This document shows positions 26,885 through 32,965 of a DNA stretch of 32,965 nt, in pieces (within the stretch, counting starts at the first letter, position 1; each line of letters begins with the position of its first letter). The stretch comes from a virus (Duplodnaviria > Caudoviricetes), in IMG/VR virus record IMGVR_UViG_3300029171_000031, positions 1-32,965 of that record; one strand, given 5' to 3'. The position numbers were made by a program, and so were the translations under genes. The notes beneath the pieces are model-generated. The model was not told where the DNA came from. It ran no database searches and saw only the letters and a program-made list of their open reading frames with translations.

Positions 26885-27396
26885 GCGGCCTTGGCGATCA
26901 CGAAGGGACCCTTGGGACCGATGGCCAACTTGCCCGCGAAGGTGCCTGCGAGGGCATCCTGGACCGCAGCGCGGGCGGTAAGGGGGAAGGACCAGACCTT
27001 CTCCTCCTTGTGCCACTGGCGCCCCGGGATCTGGCGGATCGCGTTCAGGAAGTTCTCGTTGTAGGGGGTGACCAGCCGGAGGCGCCCATCCACCATGAGC
27101 ACGCGCACGGTGGCGATGCGCTTGGTGATCACGTCAGCCAGCAGCGGGAAGCCAATCTCCCGGAGGGCTTCCGCATTCTGGAGAGCCTTGAGGCCCTGCG
27201 GGTCGAGCGCGATGGTGTAGACGATGGTGTTGGCCAACTTGCGGATCGTCTCCGCCACCTCCGTGTTGTAGCCGTACTTGTCGCGGCAGATCGGACCCAG
27301 ACCGGTCTCGATGCTCACGGCATCCACAAGGGGGCGGCCACACGCAGCGCAGTGGGTGGCCAACATCTTCGTCGCGGGGGCGTTCTCGTAGCTCAT
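26881..27396 (-). CDS. Zn-finger (CxxCGRxL...GxGPxC, DUF6011-like) plus HARP-like domain protein
   Basis: GAAGGAG RBS before MSYENAP; CAACGRPLVDAVSIETGLGPIC; PYNENFLNAIRQIPGRQWHKEEKVWSFP. Confidence 0.7.
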   Translation of the reverse strand: MSYENAPATKMLATHCAACGRPLVDAVSIETGLGPICRDKYGYNTEVAETIRKLANTIVYTIALDPQGLKALQNAEALREIGFPLLADVITKRIATVRVLMVDGRLRLVTPYNENFLNAIRQIPGRQWHKEEKVWSFPLTARAAVQDALAGTFAGKLAIGPKGPFVIAKAA

Positions 27397-27437
27397 GACA
27401 GGCGTCTCCTTCGGTGAACACATCACCAATCCAAAGG

Positions 27438-27465
27438 AGAATAGCCGGCCCTAGGATCGTGTCAA
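27438..27465 (-). promoter_or_regulatory. Sigma70-type promoter TTGACA-16-TATTCT
   Basis: Perfect -35 in the intergenic region upstream of 26881..27396. Confidence 0.55.
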
Positions 27466-27526
27466 GGGCAAACAAAGGATTCGGACAGGCTTTGGTCGAT
27501 TTGTGCGCCTATGTAGGTGAAGGTAT

Positions 27527-29314
27527 TCACTTCGCCTCTGCCCAAGAGGTGCCGAAAGAGGCCTCGACCTCGACCGGCACGTTCTTGAGGAAGGTGCGGA
27601 TGCCCTCTTCCATTCCCGAAGTCAGGATACGTGCGGCTTCGGTACGCATTTCGGGATCGTTGTCTGCTTCTAGAATGATCTCGTCATGGACGTGGTGGAC
27701 CAGCGCGACAGGCCCATCCCCGTGCTCGGGTGGGGAAACTCCGAAGGCCTTGTCGAGATTGTCCTGTACGATCCGCAGCGACATCTTCAGGGCGTCAGCG
27801 CCCAAGCCTTGGATGGGGGTGTTCTTGAACTCGTTCCAGGACGTCTGGGGGTCCAGCCAGCGAAGCCGACCGGAGAGGGTCCGGGAGACTCCTGAGCGCT
27901 GACCCTCGCGCATGACCCGATCGTGCCAGCGCTTCACCCCGGCGTAGTTCTCGAAGTACTTCCGGTGGTAGCGCTCCGCATCCTTCAGAGACATGGACAC
28001 GCCGTAACCCGACTGCGCGTAGAGCACGAGCTTCGGGGGCATCATGCCGTAGATCAGACCGAAGTTTACGGGCTTCGCGAAGCTACGCTCGGTCTTGGTC
28101 ACCGCGCTCACAGGCTTGTCCGAAAGGATCGCAGCAGTGGCGTAGTGAGCGTCCTGACCCGACACGAAGACCTGGGTGAGGGCTGGATCGCCGCTTACCT
28201 CAGCTACGATTCGCATCTCGATACCGGGGTAGTCGGCGAGGATCAAGATCCTCCCGTCCTCTACTGCGAAGCAGTCTCGGTACTCGGGAGCGTGAGGGAT
28301 CTGCTGAAGGTTCGGGTCAGAGCAGGAGTACCGGCCCGACGCCAACATCGCGTAGTAGTCCGCGTGAATGCGACCGTCTGTGTCTAGGTGTCGTAGATAG
28401 TCATCCCCGAACGTCTTGATTCGCTGGTCGAACCCTCGCCACTCCAAAAACTTGGCTATCGCGGGAACGCTGCCCGCGAGCATAGCCAGGGTCATCTCCG
28501 TCGTGTCCGGAAGGTTGTGTCCCAGGCGCGCGAAGCTCTTCTTGACTTGTGGGGGAGATCGCAAGTTCCAGCTGGCGCCGATACCAGGTAGCCCGAGCTG
28601 TCCAAGGGGGTGCGGGAGCACGTCCATCAGCTCAGCCTGTAGGCGGGTGGCGGCCATCACGTTCGCGGCATCCAAAGCCAACCAGCGCTGCGCGTCGAGC
28701 CGGAAGCCGTTCAGTTCTACGCGGCCTTCAGCGAGGCCTACTCCGAACTCGATCAGCGCGGCCCGAAGTAGCCCCATCTCTTGCAGCTTCGCACGGAGTA
28801 CGGGGTACAACCGTAGGAGACGATACACGTCCTCTGCGGCGTAGTCCTTCTGGTGCTGCGTCAGCGGACCACTCCAGTCCGAGCCACCCTCTCCAACGTT
28901 GGTCGGAGTTTCCTTCAGCTCCCGGATGATGACGTTGTCCAGCTTATGGCTCAGCCCGTCGTGACCGTTGTGTAGGAGCGCGCTTGCGCGAAACGTGCAG
29001 AACACCGGCCACAACTTGAGGCGGTAGAACCACCAGAACCACTTCTGCTCGAACTTGGCGTTGTGGATGACGATGACCCCCTTCGTCTCTCGAAGGGCTT
29101 CGATCACGGGCCCGAGTGTCTTGGTCTCGAACACGTCGATGACAAAGATCGTCGGGTCGTTCGGGTCCCCCACAGCGAGCTGGACCAACCTCAGGCGCCC
29201 TTTCCGGGGGTCCAGGTGGGTAGCCTCTACATCCAGCCCGATGACGGGCGCACTGCTCACGAGGTTCGCAATCCCGCCAAGGTCGGCAGGATTGGTCACG
29301 TAGGTGTAGTTCAT
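27527..29314 (-). CDS. polA: DNA polymerase family A (3'-5' exonuclease plus polymerase, no 5' nuclease)
   Basis: ExoI LDVE, ExoII HNAKFE, ExoIII YAAED; GRYSCSDPNLQQIP; motif A DYPGIEMR, motif B RSFAKPVNFGLIYG, motif C VHDEI. Confidence 0.95.
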   Translation of the reverse strand: MNYTYVTNPADLGGIANLVSSAPVIGLDVEATHLDPRKGRLRLVQLAVGDPNDPTIFVIDVFETKTLGPVIEALRETKGVIVIHNAKFEQKWFWWFYRLKLWPVFCTFRASALLHNGHDGLSHKLDNVIIRELKETPTNVGEGGSDWSGPLTQHQKDYAAEDVYRLLRLYPVLRAKLQEMGLLRAALIEFGVGLAEGRVELNGFRLDAQRWLALDAANVMAATRLQAELMDVLPHPLGQLGLPGIGASWNLRSPPQVKKSFARLGHNLPDTTEMTLAMLAGSVPAIAKFLEWRGFDQRIKTFGDDYLRHLDTDGRIHADYYAMLASGRYSCSDPNLQQIPHAPEYRDCFAVEDGRILILADYPGIEMRIVAEVSGDPALTQVFVSGQDAHYATAAILSDKPVSAVTKTERSFAKPVNFGLIYGMMPPKLVLYAQSGYGVSMSLKDAERYHRKYFENYAGVKRWHDRVMREGQRSGVSRTLSGRLRWLDPQTSWNEFKNTPIQGLGADALKMSLRIVQDNLDKAFGVSPPEHGDGPVALVHHVHDEIILEADNDPEMRTEAARILTSGMEEGIRTFLKNVPVEVEASFGTSWAEAK

Positions 29315-29359
29315 AGGTCGCTCGAAGGGGCCAGCCTACCGAAAACTCCCGTCGAGGGC

Positions 29360-29390
29360 AAAGAAAAAGGCGAGCCCCGAAGGACTCGCC
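29360..29390 (-). terminator. Rho-independent terminator
   Basis: GGCGAGTCC-TTCG-GGGCTCGCC followed by TTTTTCTTT. Confidence 0.9.
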
Positions 29391-29411
29391 CTGACTACGA
29401 CGCTGCCGGGT

Positions 29412-29798
29412 TCAGGCGGCCTGCGCCTCCGCTGCCTTGGCCTCCCGCTGCAACTTCTTGCGGCCGGGCTCGGACAGGCGGTAGCTCCCCGTACCCATCT
29501 TCTCGACCAGCGCCCCACGGCACAGACGCCGCATGCTGTTGCGGGTCCAGCTGTAGGCCTTCTTGGCCTGCTTCGGGAACGCCTGCTCGGCAATCTCCTT
29601 CAGCGTGAAGGTGTTGCGGGGCCCCGTGAGGACCCCCTCGGACAGGACGTCGATCACCGCCCGCTCCTTGTCGCTCAGCTTCGCCAGCGGCAGGTCCACG
29701 AGAGGGCCGTTCTGCCCCCAGCCCTTGGGGTTGAAGTCCTCGGTCGTCTCGGTCGCGGTCTCGGTCGTCTCGGGCTTGGTCTTGGTCTTGGTCGTCAT
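29412..29798 (-). CDS. Winged helix-turn-helix DNA-binding protein
   Basis: AGGAG RBS; LSDKERAVIDVL..TLKEIAEQAF...WTRNSMRRL...LVEK...GSYRLSEPGR. Confidence 0.75.
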   Translation of the reverse strand: MTTKTKTKPETTETATETTEDFNPKGWGQNGPLVDLPLAKLSDKERAVIDVLSEGVLTGPRNTFTLKEIAEQAFPKQAKKAYSWTRNSMRRLCRGALVEKMGTGSYRLSEPGRKKLQREAKAAEAQAA

Positions 29799-29855
29799 GA
29801 TGCTCTCCTGCGGTTCTAAGCCCTAGGCCAGGGCTTTCGTTGTTAGGTGAGGAGG

Positions 29856-29884
29856 ATCGTAGCGAACGATCTGTCAAGGGTCAA
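29856..29884 (-). promoter_or_regulatory. Sigma70-type promoter TTGACC-17-TACGAT with overlapping palindrome
   Basis: Near-consensus hexamers; GATCGT-N5-ACGATC at 29855..29871. Confidence 0.6.
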
Positions 29885-29900
29885 GACATTTTTTCGAGGT

Positions 29901-30341
29901 TCAGATCAAGCCCCTCTCCTTGGCATGCAGCTCCCAGGAGGAATCCTCAACGAACTCTAGGGAGTAGAAGAGGTTTAGGGTAAACTCATCGGTCAGCGTA
30001 GCCTTGAGGTAGTTGTACCCTGTGATGGACCCTCGCTGCCCTAGCTGGTTCCAACGTTCGTAGGTTAGGCGTTGGATCTGCCAGATCACCGCAGACCCTC
30101 CGGGACCCGTCATCGTGTCTTGCAGCTCTAGCAGCCCGGGTTCCTCCCGAAGGACGGTGCCAATAAGGCGATGCTCGGACCCTGAGAGACTGCGGTACTC
30201 GATACCATCCAGTACCTGCCCATCTTCGAGGCGTTGCCGAACAGGGAGGAGTCCAATGACAAGCTGGGTGATGGGCTCCCCGAAGAAGGAGCCGCCAAGG
30301 TCGGTAACTGTGTAGAGTTTGTAGAAGTCGAAGGTCATCAT
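29901..30341 (-). CDS. Hypothetical protein coupled to the kinase gene
   Basis: 146 aa, ATGA overlap with the stop of the upstream large gene. Confidence 0.7.
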   Translation of the reverse strand: MMTFDFYKLYTVTDLGGSFFGEPITQLVIGLLPVRQRLEDGQVLDGIEYRSLSGSEHRLIGTVLREEPGLLELQDTMTGPGGSAVIWQIQRLTYERWNQLGQRGSITGYNYLKATLTDEFTLNLFYSLEFVEDSSWELHAKERGLI

Positions 30342-32948
30342 ACCACCGCCATTGCTTTCACGTACTTCTCGTGGACCTCACCGAACGTGAGAGCCACTAC
30401 GATGAAGTCCTCAATAGGAACACCATTCACCTCAGTTAGGCCCTCGTCCTGACACGCATTGATTGCAGTCTTACGGCTGCTCTCATCCTTACAAGCAACT
30501 CGTACGATCTTGGAGACTCCTATTCCCTTACGAAAGCTTACTTCCTGACCCATGATCGTCTTATGTCCGCATGCCGTAGCGGTTTCGTAGTTCTTGCTGG
30601 ACAACCACTTCACGGTATCTTCGATTGATCGGCGATCGCTCCACCCAAAACCAGAACTGGACCAGTCCGCTGGCTTGGTAGGGAGGGGATCGTCCGGAAC
30701 GGTAGTCCCGAACTTATCCGCAGGGAAAGCGTAGGCGTCGAGTCGGTCTAGTACGGAGGGGTGGATAATAAACTGGTAGTATCCGGACCCGTAGTGCCGG
30801 TAGTCCGCCAGTCTAGCGTTTGGTGCGGACAGTAGGCCGAATCTGAGGATTGATCCGTCTGCACTCCCAGAGGCTATATCCGCTTCGTAGGATCCTCCAA
30901 ACTTCTTAATACCCGCTAGGTTCCGCTCAACAATACCCATCATCCCGCTCCTTAGAATAGAGGTTAGGGCAACAGTGCTGTCAGTCCCACCCCACACAAA
31001 ACCTACTTTCATGCGCTTCCAGCGGTCGGGTAGTACATGACTCATGTGCCCCTTGATAACCTCCTGCTCCTCAATAGAAGCAATGTCTTCAGCTGTAAGT
31101 CCCTTAGACTTCAAGATCTCCAGGAGCTTCGCTGGTGTTCGATCAGCAGCGGGGAGTTTATCAGACGCCTGAGGGTCTACAGCCCAAAGTAGCCTGGACA
31201 TAATCATGGCCTGCTTTTCTTCAGGCTTAGGGTTTCTTACAGTTCGATCTCCCAGACCAGCTAGGACCTTGTTCAGTGCAGAGCGGATTGCAGAAGGTAC
31301 CTGGGAGTCCTTTAGGTTCCCTCGTACTTTCATAGACACCATTCCTGCGAACGCTCTTTGACTCGTTGAGGTTGTGGTACCCATGTAGCAGTGTGTGTCA
31401 CCATCAACCCAGTGACGTGACTCAACAGCCCATATTTTATCGGAAGTCTCCGTAAACCGGTCTGTCTTCGCGTCATAGTTGGCGACGTAGCTAATAAGGC
31501 TAGTAGTCGAAGTTGCTGAGCTTTTCTCTACAGCAACGGCTGTCTGATGAGTGAACTTGAAAGTGACGAAGAAGTAGTCCCCCTTTGAATCCCTCCACCG
31601 CTTCACTTTCGCCACCTGCCCCTCAACATCCGCACCATCTAGTGTGATGCGGTAGCCCTCCCGACCACACTTCTTGGAGGATAGGTCGCCCAAATCTTCG
31701 ACGTTAGCTGATACAGGTGAGTCGTCCGAAAAGTCTGGCCAGTACTTTGGCTTAGCGGGGCTCTTAGCGAATGTCGAGGTTACAGACTCTTCCTTTTCCA
31801 CTTCAGAGGCATAGAAGGCTTGCTTGTCTACACACACCAGCGCGTACTGAGACCCCATGATAAGAGTCTGCCCATTCGGGAATGGTAGGGCCGGGATACC
31901 CACTTCCTTGAGGAACTTCTCCAGGTTAGTAGTGTCGGAGCTGACGGGCACCTTCAGGGTGAGCTTGCTGTCATCTACGGTCTCAACACCGTTCTCGACG
32001 TACTTGTAAGGCTTCTCTTTCAAACCATAGTGGGATTCCGCTAGGTCCTTACCCTTGATCTTTACCTTCTTGAACTTGGTGGCCTTCAGATCGCCGGCCT
32101 TGACCCACCCGTACTCGAAGTCGAACGTACCGTCTTCCCCGGTGCGCTGCTTGTAGGCCTTCGTGATCATCGCCTCGAAGTCACTGCGAGTCCTCAGCTT
32201 CCGCATCAGAGCCTTTCGGAGGAATCGGGTCTGTGCGATCTTGTCTCCAGGGAACTTCGACTTCGCGTAGGGCTCCAGGGTCTGGACGTACTCTTCGGAG
32301 TCCAAGCCCTCCAACTTCTCCAGGGACGGGGCGAGTACCTTGGGATCTAGGTCGATCTTGCCCTCAGCGAACTTCTGCCAGATCACACTGGCGAGCGGGG
32401 GCTGCTCACCATAGGCCGCATTGGGGTGGTAGGAGGGATCCAGGGAGTCCGACCCGAAGTACTTGAACCCCTGCTCCTTGTCGATCGCTACGACATGCCC
32501 ATCCGAAAGCTTGAGTAGGTTGCCTCCGTGAGAGTCGTGCTGCGACATCACCCAGTCGAGCATGCCGTCTACGAGTACGTCAGTGCGCTGCGTCTCGGTC
32601 AGAGAGGTGACGGAGACACCGGTCAGGTCCCCCTCATTCGCTACCATAGGCTGAAGCGTTCCCAGCTTCTTCTTGTGGGTCACCACGGTAAGCGGGATGG
32701 CCTCCGGACGTAGCTGGGCAGAGATCGCAGCGTAGGCCGCTTGCGCGTGTGCGCGATAGGCCTCTTCCTTGCCGGCTCCCTTGGAGATCGCAGGCTTGAA
32801 CAGGTACTTCTGCCCGGTTGCTGGGTCTTCCAGCACGGTCTTCTTGCCAGCGCCCTTGAGTCCGAGGGCTGACCCGTCTCCGACCTCCTTGAGGGTCTTC
32901 ACGTCCGGGAGTTTGCCGGCTAGTACGGCGTCGTAGGCAGATCCCTTG
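30338..32948 (-). CDS. Large multidomain protein (5' truncated): HipA/PI3K-PI4K-like kinase domain plus possible ART-like C-terminal domain
   Basis: G-rich loop GLKGAGKK, YLFKP, DWVMSQHDSHGGNLL, AIDKEQGF; the frame stays open upstream of 32902 to the primer. Confidence 0.75.
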
Positions 32949-32965
32949 GATCGTGACTGGGAAAC
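32949..32965 (-). other. Random-amplification primer tag, library artefact
   Basis: Reverse complement of GTTTCCCAGTCACGATC. Confidence 0.9.

Noticed and set aside
27527-29314. Possible Z-genome polymerase (DpoZ) or intein
   Set aside because: No purZ or related genes in the window, no diagnostic I can verify by eye, and no intein motifs or excess length
1-32965. tRNA, rRNA, CRISPR array, integrase, reverse transcriptase or alternative genetic code
   Set aside because: None seen; intergenic spaces are short and genes tile the minus strand under the standard code

Overview
About 33 kb of a GC-rich (roughly 60% by eye) T4-superfamily-like myovirus genome, with essentially all genes on the minus strand. 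In transcription order (high to low coordinates): a 5'-truncated HipA/PI3K-like kinase protein with a possible ADP-ribosyltransferase-like C-terminus and a coupled small partner gene; a winged-helix protein; a family A DNA polymerase; a Zn-finger/HARP-like protein; then the morphogenesis block. That block holds the small and large terminase, gp20-like portal, head-core proteins, gp21-like protease fused to a scaffold-like region, gp23-like capsid, an accessory fibre/decoration cassette, gp13/14/15-like neck and tail-completion genes, sheath, two tube paralogs, an HNH-RHH-RHH protein, the tail chaperone and the start of the tape measure gene. The strongest non-obvious signal is a complete -1 programmed ribosomal frameshift cassette (G GGA AAC, 7-nt spacer, three-stem hairpin) at the end of an acidic head-module gene. 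It would add a 78-aa strongly basic tail whose stop overlaps the protease start. A second -1 site (T TTT TTC) lies in the tail chaperone gene. Both window ends carry the random-amplification primer GTTTCCCAGTCACGATC, so they are library artefacts rather than genome termini. All family assignments come from motif recognition by eye; no database search was run.
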